DNA of 64,000 nucleotides. Origin: Lama guanicoe. Taxonomy: Eukaryota. Position 1 is the stretch's first letter. Each line of letters opens with the position of its first letter. Under the pieces are notes generated by a model. It did no database searches. It saw only the letters and a program-made list of their open reading frames with translations, and was not told where the DNA came from. Shown here piece by piece: positions 47,640 to 59,882 of the stretch. The DNA is taken from the NCBI GenBank assembly GCA_013239625.1, contig MU054391.1:1302001-1366000 (forward strand), given 5' to 3'. The position numbers and the translations under genes were made by a program.

Positions 47640-49280
47640 TGTTCACCATCCAATTCTCCACTCCACCCCTGCCCTGGCCCAGAGCACCCCCAGGAAGCAC
47701 CCCGTGGGCCTGGTTTCTGTCTTTGAATGAGTCTTGTGCATAACGAGTATATGGTAGAATGTTGGTTGACCTCCTGGCGTAGAGGGGGGCCCTCGCTCTG
47801 CTTCTCACAAACGTCACTCAGCAGTGTCACATGTCCGCCAGGCAGCGCAGACGGGGCTGGTCCACGGCTGACGCTCGGCACCTCCCTGTGTCCCCCGTGG
47901 CATCCACCCCCCACCCTTCTAGCTTACACACCCTGCGGCGCCGGCATCCCCTCACCATGGCAAATTCTGTTCCTGCTGCGCTGGAGGCTAGTCACGTGTC
48001 GCCAGGTGCCTCCAGGCTGCTGTCAAGACAGACAACCAGGCCCACTCGCACCCCACCCCCGTGCATGTGACTTCATTTCTGTCCATCCTCTGCCAGCAGC
48101 TGGACTTCCCAGGCTTTTGATTTTGAAAGTCCAGTGGGTGTGAAGTGGAGGAGAGATACCGTTTAATGTGTGTTTCTCGGATTCCGCGGGCGTCTCCTCA
48201 TGGTCTTCCAAGCGCTCAGTCCCTCCTCTTCTGAACTGTCTGCTCATTTTCGTGGCGCATGTTTCCTGAGTCTCCTCGCTCTTTCCTTCTTCGTTCAAGA
48301 AGCAGCCTACGCTGAGAAGCCGGGAGCCCCGGGTCGGCTTTAGATGCTGGCAATGCTTCCTAGTGCATCACTTGTCTCCTCCCCACCCTGTACCTTCTTT
48401 GGACAGAAACAGCATTTTGAGTCATCAGATCCATTCCTTTTCCTCACGGGTTGTGCCTGTGAAACACTGTTTATGGGTCCTTCCCCTACCCAGGATTGTA
48501 AAGACGCACCCACACGTCCTTCACACATGGGTCTTCAGTCCTCCCAGCACGACCTTTGTTTGCTCCGAGGCAGCGACCCAACGATCTTTCCTCCGTAGAC
48601 TGTGTTACCCCCACCCCGGTTACCGAATCATTCATCCTTCCCGCACCGCTGTGTGGAGTCTCCACCATCACACACCGGCTCCCAAATCTCTAAACACGTG
48701 TCTGAAATCTGTGCTCTACCTCTTCTGTCTACAGGCCGGTCCTTCCTCCGAGTGCAGAACTTTCCTCACTGCCGCTTTCAAGTGTGTCTTAGTATCTATC
48801 TGGTAGACTAATTCCACCACTTTGTTCTTTCTCCTTTTTCAAAGATTTCTTGTTGATTCTGGACATTCGCTGTTCCATAAATTTAAAATGGCTTGATTTT
48901 TTAAATAATCATGCTAGAATTTTTACTGGAAGAACATTACACAGCTAAATTTATTGGGGTGGGGAGCAGACTTCACAGTGCAATTTGCCTCATCCATGAA
49001 TATGGTATAGATCTTGCCTTTTTTCATACCGGATGTCATGTCCTTTAATAGATGTTTAAATATTATTTTCACAAGGGCCTCAGGTATTTAGGTTAATATT
49101 TTGTTAATATTTAGGTTAATATTTTGTTAATATTTAGGTTAATATTTAATATTTAGGTTAATACTTAGGTTAATTCTTTGACTGTTTGTAGCTATGACGG
49201 CTGTTGTGGATGAAATTTCACTTTCTACCTTATTTCCTCATCGGTCGTTGCTGGTTGGAATAGTTTGTACAGAGTTTGCA
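47640..49280 (-). mobile_element. Old L1ME-like ORF2 and 3' UTR fragment
   Basis: T-rich colinear match to reverse L1 ORF2 (ccatcctctgccagcagctgg; cttctgaactgtctgctcat; ccactttgttctttctcctttttcaaagatttcttg; catccatgaatatggtata). Confidence 0.7.
49085..49174. repeat. AT-rich minisatellite (tatttaggttaa and tattttgttaa units)
   Basis: A 23-bp higher-order unit occurs twice (49085-49130), followed by 12-bp monomers and one 7-bp partial unit. Confidence 0.9.
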
Positions 49281-49509
49281 CCGGTGGAGAAGCTTCTCAT
49301 GAGACATCACCCTTCGGCTTGCCTGGGTCGTGGAACTGAGCTTTGAAGCACGAGGACCAGCGGAGACGCAGCTTGCACTGGGAGCAGGCCTGCCCTGGCG
49401 GACCAGCACGGAGAGCAGGCCGGCGGCCGTGCAGCCACAGCATCACCCCCGGTCACAAACCCAGACTTGGTCCTCGGGCTGCCGGAGCCACTCCACCCGT
49501 TCCTGTGTC

Positions 49510-49890
49510 TCCTTGAGACACACTCCTGAGTAGCCTCCTCCCCTGTAACTGGCAGGCTTGTCTAACAGGCCCCACAGGGCTGGTTTGATGATTATAGGAC
49601 ACAGTGCAGACAGCACCTGGGAGTGCCGGGCACACGGCCAGCTCTCAGGACCGGCTGCCTTTCCTGTCACTGGCCGTGCGACCACTGTCACTGCCACTAC
49701 TTGTGTGACCACAGTAAAATAATCCAGTCAGTCTGGGTTTCACTCTTCTCATTGGAAAATACAAATAAAAACCTTGAGGTTCCTTTCCTCACCCGCCTCA
49801 GAGTCTTGTCACGGGGACGAAATGGGAAAATGGGAAAAATCACTCTGTAAACTGTAAAGGGCTGCAGGCGTCTACGGCACTGTGATGATG
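49510..49890 (+). mobile_element. Two MIR fragments
   Basis: cctcctcccctgtaactggcagg...agtgccgggcacacgg, then ctcttctcattggaaaat...cactctgtaaactgtaaagggctg. Confidence 0.55.
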
Positions 49891-51259
49891 GTCCCTGGTG
49901 CCTGTCTGCTCCATGCCCTTTCCCTTCGGAACCACGCTGTCCATCTTGCCTTTGTGTGTACCTGCGCATTGTCAGTAACAATTCAGACTCACTGGCTGGG
50001 TGTCTGCTGTGTGCTGTGGGATGCTCGGTGATTCCAAGCTTAGAAATGCCCCTTCCTGGTGGCCCTAGCATTCCCCGCACAGGGCGTGCTTCAGATGGGC
50101 TCTACGGTAACCAGCGGGCCAAGACCCAGCCTGCCTGATCTGCCGAACGGTCAGTGAGAAAACCCGAAGATAAACCAAAACCAAGAAGCCTCGCTTAACG
50201 CGTGATGCTACTGTGGCTAAAGGCTCCCACGACTGACGTCCTGTGCCTGCTGCAGACGGGACGTGCCGGGAAAACGTGTGATTCAGAGGAAGGAAAGAGG
50301 AGACTGGGAGGTGCTGAGACACTCTGACCGTCTCTGTATGTGAGCGTGGTGGTCGTAGTTTTATTTATCTTCCTAACAACACCTAAAAGCCGGCACACAC
50401 GTGCGAGCACGCACACCCCCCCCCACTTTGTACGTCTGCAACCTCGTCCACAAGGAGGAAGCTCAGGCGTGTCCCCGGAGTCGCGGAGCCGGACACGACG
50501 GAGCCGTTTTCCCGCAGAGCCTCGGGAGCCCCGGGGTCACAGCCTCACGGGGAACAGAAGGAGTTGGTTACACAGCTTCTGTTCGTTTAGAAACCCGCAG
50601 AGGCTACTCCAGACACTTCGCCAGGAGGGGTTTCACAGAGGGGGTGTTCACAAACGTTCTGGAAGAGCTGAAGGAGCAAGGGCGGCTACCCAGCGACCAG
50701 GAGCCTGTCCCCGGGGGGCCGTGCCCATAAGTGCCGGGCTGCCCCCGCCCCCCCGACACTCGCAGCGGGTGAGTAACCCCCGTCCCTGTTCCCGTGGGCG
50801 GAACCCAAGCCGGGCCCGGCCGGCAGACGAGCGTGGGGCTGCGGTGCGCAGGCGTCGGCCCCCGCCTGCGGAGGACATCGCAGGGGACCAGTGTGAGCTG
50901 AGCTGCGGCGGACCAGTGGGCGGCTCGTTCACTGAATGGGCACGGAGAGTGGTTCACTGGGAGCACAGCTGCCATCCAAACTTCACTTGGAAGATTCATC
51001 AGACCTTGCTCAGGAGCAAAGCAAGCAGGGCTTTGATTCACACGTTAGTGTGCATGTGTGTGTGTGCGTGAAATGCGTCTGCACGCCTTGAATCCTTGCT
51101 TCCGGAGAGGGCCTGGGCCACCCTCACCCTAACTCCTTCCGCTGCCTCCAGAAAGCACGAGGCACAGCCCCCGCGATCTCCCCGTGCCGCCCGAGCTGAC
51201 GCAGGGGAAGAGGAGGCACTGGACGGGCACTGGGTCAGCAGCCGCCGACGTCCCACGAG

Positions 51260-51712
51260 GCGGAGGGGACACCTCAGAACCACAGGCACAGGGACCCCCT
51301 GTGTCCCCGGAGCTGAGGCCACCCACACAGCTCCAGCGGCCAGAGCCTGAAATGAAGGTGTCGGCAGGGCTGGTGCTCTGTCACGGCTCCGGAGGTGCCC
51401 CCCGGCATCTGGCGGGGACTGGCCAGCCTGGGGGCGCCCCTGGGTCTGGGAGGCGTCACCTTGGTCTCTGCCTCTGTCCTCACACAGCCTCTCCCTGCGT
51501 CTCCACGTGCCCTTCCCCCTGTGCGTGTCTGCCCCAACTTCCCTCACTTCCGAGGACACCAGGGCTGTCGGCCTGGGGCCCGGCCTGCTCCAGCCTCGCC
51601 TCCCAGCCACCTGCGTGCCCGGCACACCTACTCCCACATCCATTCACATCCTTTAGTGCTGAGGGTTAGAGCCTCAGCACGTCTTTTGGGGGGAGCTCAG
51701 CTCCCGCAGGGC
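51260..51712 (-). mobile_element. MLT1B/C-like (MaLR) solo LTR
   Basis: cacagctccagcggccagagcctgaaatgaaggtgtcggcagggc...tctctgcctctgtcctcacacagcct...gaggacacca...gagggttagagcctcagcacgtcttttgggggg. Confidence 0.8.
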
Positions 51713-51949
51713 TCTCAGGAAGCACAGAAACGTGACTTAAAGTCCCTCATCGGCGCATCAATAACTCATCCAAGTAATTAGGACACTCCTTCTGTGGGGG
51801 ACGAGCTCCCAACTTCCCAGACACTCTGGGAACATCTAAACTATAAAATTAACGCATTCTTATTAATAGAAGACATTGCACAAAGTAACTTCCACCTTTT
51901 CAATGCCTGCTTTCCCCAGGAATCCCGGGGACGCCTCACCTGTGTTATC

Positions 51950-52100
51950 TCATCTTCACCCGCACACCCACCCTCCAAACAGCTGCTCGCATCTCCCTCT
52001 GACAGTGGGAGAAACTGAGGCACAGACAGGAGGGTGGCCCTTCCAGAGGGAGCAGATCAGGAGGCTGGGGCGCTGCCTCGCCCTGAGCCAGAGCCGCTGC
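51950..52100 (-). mobile_element. MIR fragment
   Basis: tgacagtgggagaaactgaggcacaga is the MIR core. Confidence 0.6.
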
Positions 52101-54679
52101 CTGGCGTGCCTGTCAGATGCAGACATGGAGACCACCTGTGGCCCCTGCCTGTCACCCTCCTCCTCCCTGCTGACCACCGGGGCCCCGATTTCAAGGCTGC
52201 CCTGCCCCAGGTCCTCAGAGCCTCTCGCCTCTGGGTCTGTCTGGCCTCCCAGCACCGAACTCTCCAACCCGCCTTAGTCAAGGCACAAATGCCAGCCTTG
52301 CTCCCTGGCTGCTTGGGCACCAAACTGCTTCCACGTCACCTTCTGGAAAGCCACAAGCAACACAGGGGCAGGTGCCCATTTAGGCACAAGCCATTATAAT
52401 CTTCTTGGATGTTGTCAGAGGGAAGGACATTTGAGTGCCATTCGCTGTGGTCAGCGTCTTGGTCTAAGAGGTGAGCTGGGGGCTGGCCAGGGCCCCCACT
52501 GGCCCTCTGAGAGCTCCTGTGCCTACCGCGGGCTCTCAACACCACAAGCCCGTGTTTCAGCGGCGGTGCGGCGGGACGGAGCACACGCACGAGGGTGGAG
52601 AGGTGTGGCTGCATCTTTAGCTCTGCCCCTCAGCACCAGTCGACTTCAAGACAGAGGCAATAACGGGTTCCTACGGCAGAGACATGCACCAGACGAGCCA
52701 CTGAGGCCCGCAACCCCCTTCTGCTCTGCATGCAAAGACTCAAAATATTGGATGACTTCATGGATAACATTTGGAGGTGATGCATTTCTTGGATGAGCAC
52801 AGGGGAAGGAAATCAACTGATTTCACTTTCTATTTTTGTTGAAGGAGTTGTCAAAAGACCTGCCCCTTTTCCAAGACGCCCTAATCCCAGATTCTAGAAA
52901 GTCTCCTTTGTCCTCCTTCGTCCTGCTCTCCCGAGGAGCGAGGGACGCGGGAGGTCTTCATGAATAGACACATGTGTGAGACGGGAACAGGGAAGCACCT
53001 CACGTGGCGCTTCCACCATGCTTGTGTCCATGGCGTGGTTTAGGCCAGCAATGGTAGAGATAATTTTTGCAAATTAAAATTCTGGTAAAGTAGAAATTAT
53101 GAAAGCACATTCACAGCATAAACAGATAAAAAGATCCCAAAGATGCTGTGGCGGGGGCCATGTGCCCTGCAGCAGGGACGACAGATCTTGACGTGTGCAC
53201 CTGAGGAAGGGCAGCCCCAGGCCCGAGAGGCAGGCAGAGAATTGCCTTTTTCTGGCTTTGGAATCCAGTGCGGAAGCTGTAAATGTACCCACCTTTCATT
53301 TTATTTCAACAACCAGCTCTATTATTGACAGACACCTGGACCACGTGGTGTTTTTTTTCCATTGCGGAGAATCCAAGAAAAAATTAAAGTTTGCATCGCA
53401 AAGTTTCCTCGCTGAATGGTCCCCGCGGGAAAGCCAGGTGTTACGGTTCTAAGGTCTGTTCAGTTGCAAGAAATAGTGCAGAGCGGGGATTGAAGACAGC
53501 ATCACGCCAAACGTGATGCCTTGAGCCTGTCGCCGGATCCTTGCAGAGCCTACTGACAAACGGGTCAAGCCCCCAGCACTTGTCTCCACCCGCACGACAA
53601 CCCTGGGACCCGGCGTCATGGAGAAACCAGGATGCAGGCCCGGGACTCCGGTGCGCCCGGAAGGCTCTGCCCTCCCAGTGGCTTGGGGTCCTGGCACCAC
53701 CTGCATCTGGTCATCTGCCACCTCCCATCCCCGAGGGCCTTGTCTTCACGCACAAACCATCTGACCAGGATATGTTTTAGAAAGCAAAGCAAAGCACAAT
53801 GAGAATGACAGAATTCAGCTTTTTAAATCGGTGTGAGTTGCCTGCATGCAGCCAAACGACCAGCCTTTGTCAGTCCCCTCCAGCAGCCACAGGCTGAGAC
53901 TGTGCGGAGAGCCCGGGGCCAGCACTCAGAGAGGGGCACGTGCGGCCCCTGGGGACGAGGGAGGCTGGAGACCAGCCTGGGGCTGTCTCCGTCCCCTCTG
54001 CCGCTGACTGTCCTCAAAGCGAGATGCACAGGTTGGCAGAAAATGCTTATCGCAGAGAATTTCCCCAATCTGATCATAACTGATGCAACGTCCTGTGTAA
54101 AATCACTTCCTGTTCCCTGATTGCAGAGCCGAAAATGCGATTTAATCAGAGCATTTGCCACCGTTCGGAGTCCGTGCAGCTGAAAACAGGTGCGGCTCCC
54201 CAGCCCCCCTGCACCCGGGAGCAAGCTGGGAGCAGCGTCACGGCAGACACGCAGGCTGGCTAGAAGGCAGCTCAGGTCTGCGGTTCCTACACGGGTTGGG
54301 ATGTCTCCTCACTGCACGAAGGCTCCACATGCTAAACCATAGTTCCCACCCGGGCGCCACCTGCTCAGCTCAACACGGCCCCCATCGGCCCACCCATCCC
54401 GCCGCCCTCCCTTAGGACCACCGGCCACCATCCACACTCACTCGGGGAATGGCCCGTTTCACACACCCTCTTCCCTTTACTCCCATTTCGCGCGTGGACA
54501 AAGCACGCACCAGAGAGAAGGGACTGGCACAAAGTCACACAGCCTGAAGTCTCAGGTCACCCCCACTGCCCAGTGGGGCCATCGGACCCTCCTGCTGGGG
54601 TCACGGGGAACAGCAGGAAAAGGCCCTTCCCCCAGCCTCGAGCAGCTTCCATTCCTTCTGAAACGTCCCCAGGGCCCTT

Positions 54680-55575
54680 CATGCGTCCGAGGTGTTGTTA
54701 CAAGTGCTGAAGACGCAGAAGGGTTTTGTTTGTTTGTTTTTATTGACTAGCCAAGACATGGAGGCGACTTAAGTGTCCGTCAACAGATGACCAGCTAAAG
54801 AAGATGTGGCATGTTTATACACAACGGAATACTACTCAGCCATGGAAAAGAATAAGATAATGCCATTTGCAGTAACATGGATGGGCCTGGAGGTTGTCAT
54901 ACTGAGTGAAGTGGGTCAGACAGAGAAGGATACAGTGGTTTTAAAAGATGAGCAGGATCTCTGTCCTTATGCAGCTCACAGTCTAGCAAATAGAACGAGA
55001 TAATAACACAGTAACAGCTAAGGCACATGGGCTGGGGGAAGGTGGCGGAGGTATGCACGTGGGAATGCAACAGAGAGCTCTGGGGGGAGACCCACCTCCA
55101 GGTAGAGGGCCACCGAAGGCCTCCCGAGGAGGGACCCTTGGAGATAGCTGGAGCTGGGGCAGGAGAGACGAGCCGCCCCAGACCCCGCGTGTGAGCGTGC
55201 GTGCGGCCAGCAAGCGCTGGGGGCCCTGGGAGGAGGGAGAAAGGGCCGCTCAGTGGGCCCCGGGGCCACGTGAGGGCTGCGGGCTTCTGCCTGGTGGGCT
55301 GGGGGCCTCTGAACGGTTTTGAGTGGGAGGCGGCAGGCCCGCTTAGCCTGCAGCAGGCCGTCTGTGTCCTGAAGGTCCGAGGGCCACAGGGGGACCGCGG
55401 GGAGGCCACGGCGGTAACCCAGCTGGGAGGCGCTGACGGCTGGACCAGGGTGGCGAGCAGCAGTCTGACCCTGGGCCTATTTGAAGGTGGAGCCTTCAGG
55501 ACTTGCTGAAGGGCAGCGGACGGGAGTGAGGGCGCCGACAAGGCAGATGCCTTGGGTTTGCCCTAAGCGGTGGGA
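54680..55575 (-). mobile_element. L2 LINE, interrupted by an L1 insertion at about 54728-54928
   Basis: gatctctgtccttatgcagctcacagtctag...ggctggaccagggtggcgag...tttgaaggtggagccttcaggacttgctga is colinear with reverse L2. Confidence 0.7.
54728..54928. mobile_element. Short LINE-1 insertion with internal inversion
   Basis: A minus-strand AATAAA and A tail (ttttgtttgtttgtttttattga) abut a plus-strand ORF2 piece (YTTEYYSAMEKNKIMPFAVTWMGLEVVILSEVGQTEKD). Confidence 0.8.
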
Positions 55576-55639
55576 GGCCTGGAGTCGCCGGGAAGTCAGG
55601 ACGGCGCCGGGGATGCTCGGTGTGCAGGGTCCCCACAGC

Positions 55640-57180
55640 AGCCCGGGTGCATGCCCAGGACTCACGCCAACTCAGTCAGCGTCAACATACAAAATCGTAA
55701 CAGCCTTTCAGCCAAGAGCAAAGGCGAAGTCGTGATCCCCTCAGAAACAATGAAAAGGTGCCTTTTGGCTGAAAATGACCCACAGTTATTCAACAGGTAA
55801 TGGAAACAATAGCGCCACCAATTAATAACATGTTGACCAATAACGCTGCCAACGGCCGGGATCTGAGATGACGGTGCCCCTGGTGGGAGGGCTGCTGAGA
55901 GTCTCGCCTGAGTGAGGAACGGACGTACATCCCTGAAGGAGGTGCCCCGAGAAAATAGGTTATCCTTCCAAGATACAAGCGCACTGTGTACATCAAAATG
56001 CAAAAGGAAAGCTCTAAACGATCATGAAAACACACACAAAACCAGAAAGTCCAAGTGGGACAAAGACGCTTAGAGTGAAAAAACCACCACGAAGGAGAGA
56101 TGAGCACAAAAGACACAGACCTGGGACAAGACGAAGCGCGGCTCGGGGCAAAGGGGCTACGCGGGGGCAGCAGGTGCGTGTCAGCGGGCTCGGGGCCGAG
56201 GGGCAGCGCAGGGGCGGCGGGCGCACATCAACAGCAGTGGGGGCGAGGCGCCGCCAGGAGCGAGACTTGATGGAGGACCCTGTAGTCTCCTGCGGGGTGC
56301 AACCCAGAGTGTCACATAGCCTGTGGTTGCGCCTCAGCACAACAACACTGAAAGGACTCATGAATAAGCCAATAAAAAAAGGCAAATTAAAAAAATTCTA
56401 AATAATTTTTAAGTTAAAGAAATCAAGCAAAACTACCGTTGCAAACAACTTAGAAATTAGTGATAAAGCTACAGATGAAAACGTACGGACTGTAGTCAGA
56501 AGAAATCCATAGCCTTTAAATGCCGGCGTGACTGTTCAACATCAAAGCTAAAGGAACGCCACTCAAACAACAGTGTAATACTTCCATCCTAAAATGGGCT
56601 AAACTTACTCTAATAACAATTAAGTTGGGGAGACTCAATTGCACTCGTGGAAATGGAGACGAGTGGACCGTCTCAGCGAGGAACCCAGGTCCCTGAGCGG
56701 TAGGCTCCTGTTTGATCCAGCCATTCCACTTTTAAGAATTTACGCTAAGAAAATAAATCATCATGAACATAGAAGAAGACTTACCTCCAAGAGTCTTCAT
56801 CACAGCGTTGTTCGTAACAGAAAAACACTGGAAACAGGAAAGCACGCCTGAGGAGGGTCTGGCGACGCGGCGCCTCCAGGTGAAGGCGCCCGTCCCACCA
56901 CAGCGGAGGGGCTGCGGGGCGGGGCCCCTCACGCGGGGCGGACAGGACGTCCGCGCTGTGCAGAGACGCGGGAGAGGCGGGCTACAGGCAGGAGGCACGG
57001 AGGGTGCTGACTTGGTCATAAACAAGCAAAACGCACACAAACACACACACCCATCAAACAATTACCGTGCACTTAATTCCACAAAACACCTATTTCTACA
57101 GCGTAGAAGCGAGAGACTGTTAAGTCTTACTTTTGGACTTCTTTTTCTCGTTTTCTGTCATGAATATTCGTCATTTGCGG
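55640..57180 (+). mobile_element. Fragmented old L1ME-like ORF2 and 3' UTR
   Basis: tttgatccagccattccacttttaagaatttacgctaagaaaataa...tcttcatcacagcgttgttcgtaacagaaaaacactggaaac at about 56710-56835 is clear L1. The flanks are A-rich and more degenerate. Confidence 0.6.
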
Positions 57181-59534
57181 TCCCACCGGCAGAAGTCGTT
57201 AAACACAAACAGGGCAAGCTGAGCGAAGCCGGCGACAGCAGTGGTCAGCCCACGTGCCTGATGTCTGCCTCCAGCCTCCAGCTTGAGCCCGTCCCTTTAG
57301 GAAGCACCAGAGCCAGAACTGCGGGGCCGAGGATGCACTTGGCCAAGTTGCTCCTTTCATTGGTGGGAAAGGGGCCCTCAGAGAAGGCAGGTGACTTACG
57401 TGGGCTCACTCGGGGTGTCGGAACAGAGCGGGGTCAGAACCTCCACCGCCCGACTCAGCCCAACGCCTCGAAGTGCCCCGGAGCCAAAGGAAACGTGCTC
57501 CATCCTGCGGAAGTGAAAGAGGAAGTCCCAGTCGTGCGGGCGGTCCCAGCCCTTCCAGTCCTCTCTCCATCACTGAATAGGATGTAATGGGGGGTGCCCG
57601 GACCGCACCCCAAACTCGGCGTGGACTCTGAAGCCACAGCAGTGGGAGGACCCCGGGACAGGCGTCTTTGCCGTCCCCAGCCAGCATGTGTGCCTGCCTG
57701 TGGCCTCACTCCGTGCAGGGGAGCCACTCTTCCGTGCTGCGACCCCAGAGGAGCAGGCTGTGAAAGCACCGGCCTCACACTGGTTTTCCAGTCTGACTCC
57801 TTTGAAAAGGGTAATTTATTCCCTGGGGTGCTGCGCCATTACGGCACTTGCCATGTGACTGCAGCCCTCTGCCCGCTGCGGGACAGCGGCAGTGGCTCCC
57901 CCGCTAAAGAGGACTCACGCTCGAGGCACTGGGCTGGCGTCTTCCACTTGCTGGGTTGTGAAAGTGGTGATGAAAAGAGAAGCCCTGAGAGGGAAAAGGA
58001 AGGTAAGACTTCCGGCGGCCTCTGTGGGAGCTGCATCAGGACTTCTGTCTCCATGGCGACGAGGGCGGCTCCGAGCAGAGCCGCGCCCTCGGGTTCAAAG
58101 GGGCGCCAGCTGCCAAGTGCCCCCATGAAGGACGAAGACACCGTGACACCTCCGGTGGGTGGCGTTCACTCCAGCGCCACGGCAAGGTCTGCACGAGCCC
58201 CACAGAACAGGATGTGACTCCGCTCGGGGAACACCTGCTCCTCGGGTTGGGGGGCCGGCGGGCCCCGGAGGGTCAAGGCTGCGAGGAGCTGTCAGCGGCT
58301 GGAAGATCAAAGGCACCCCTTCATTCGGTATTTATGCAGTAAATAGATTCAGGAGCCAGACGGGGCGCTGAGTTCAGAAAGCCTGGAGTCGTCCGAACAG
58401 GTCACTAAAATCGCAGAGGAGAGTGAAAGGCCGGTACCAGGACCCGAGGCGGCAGGAGCGCAGGGAGAAAGCGCAGGTGTGAGGAGGCACCGCTGTAGTC
58501 TGGGCCTGCCTCCCTGGGTTGTGAGCTGGGGCCGGGGCCAGGCCGAGGGGCAGGAGCGTTCCTCCCGATGCCCCGTCCTCCCCCGAGAGTGAGGCCACCA
58601 GGACCAGCGCAGCTCCCGGGAGGAGAGGTGGCGAAGGCCCTGGGCGACGAAGCCAGGTCCCCAGTCCAGGGAGGGCGACGCGGAAGCAGAGGAGCTTCCG
58701 GTCTGCGGGCAGCTGGCCATCACTTCACACGTGACTTGGGCCGCGGTGCATGTGCCCAGGCCGCCGTGGATGCATCTCCACGTCAGTCCTGAGCTCCAGC
58801 CCTGCCAATGGCCTCCCCAGCCCAGATCGGCTCCCAGGGCCTCCTCGCTGGCTTCCTGCCCGGCCCCAGGTCTCCACCAGCCTCCGTGCCTCGTGCCTCA
58901 TCCTTGTCAACCGCCATCCAGGCTCCTAAAACATTTTGGCTCCACACGTGCTGCTCCCCCGCCTACAGAGGGTCCCCATTCCTCGTCCTCACGCCACCTT
59001 TGGGATTCAGGCGAGCCAGTCCTTCCCTCTGAACGTGTCCCTGCACACACCCAGCGTGGCGGCCGGATGCCTTCTTCCTGTGGTCGCCAGAGCCCCGCCC
59101 ACACCCCGGCTGTCTGTCCCCCAAGCCGGGACTCGCCTAAGCGAGTTTCTCTCTGTGTCCTCAAGCCTCACCCAGGGCCGGTGTGCCAGAGCTGCTCCCA
59201 CCGGAGCCCCAGCTGGGCCACATCCCAAGCTAATCCCCACTGGCTTCTTTGTCCCCTGCCCGGTGACACCCTGCCTAAGGCAGACAGGCTCCCCGGGAAT
59301 GCTGTCTGTCCCTGCACAGACAGCACGTGCGGACAGACTGGGGGAGCAACACACATTGCAGGGGCTGCCCCCGCTGCCACCGCTGCCCCCTCCCCTCCCT
59401 TCTGAGGTCTCAGCCATCAGCTTAAACTTACTGATTGGAAGGGCTTACAAAGGGTTTGCTGAGTGAATCATGGATGGTATACGTGAGCTCACAGCCTCCC
59501 GACTAGCAGTCAGCATGAACAGGACTGGGGAGAC

Positions 59535-59880
59535 CCTGGTTGGATTTGGTCCCGCTGGCTCTGCACCCTGAGCTCTGGTCTGACAACCGGGGCTGATCAC
59601 TGAGCATTTCTGTGTCTCAGTGTCCTCACCTCAAATTGGGAGAATGACCAGTGTACATTTCTTCAGGGTTTTATGTGCATTTTAATGTAAGACCACATAT
59701 GTGATCTTCAGTATCTTACAGTAACCTGAATGAAAGAGGCTATGAAAAGGAATGTGTGTGTGCACCTGTCTGACTGAAACATGATGCTGTGCACCAGAAA
59801 CTGACACGACCTTGTAAACTGACTCTACTTCAGTTTTTTAAAAAGACCACGTATGTGAAAGCCACTATAAGCTCTAGAGC
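59535..59880 (+). mobile_element. MIR split by a young L1 tail
   Basis: tctgtgtctcagtgtcctcacctcaaattgggagaatga...cagggttttatgtgcattttaatgtaaga resumes as gtatgtgaaagc after the insert. Confidence 0.65.
59705..59842 (+). mobile_element. 138-bp LINE-1 3' terminus with 16-bp TSD
   Basis: aagaccacatatgtga (59689-59704) and aagaccacgtatgtga (59843-59858) match at 15 of 16 bases. The insert is homologous to 39965-40115. Confidence 0.9.
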
Positions 59881-59882
59881 TC

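Noticed and set aside
49085-49174. Interstitial telomeric repeat or CRISPR-like array
   Set aside because: It contains TTAGG but no TTAGGG tandem and no unique spacers, and the DNA is mammalian.
56763-57587. 274-aa ATG-started ORF
   Set aside because: The N-terminus (RVFITALFVTEKHWKQ) is decayed L1 ORF2 and the rest is read-through of L1 UTR and flank.
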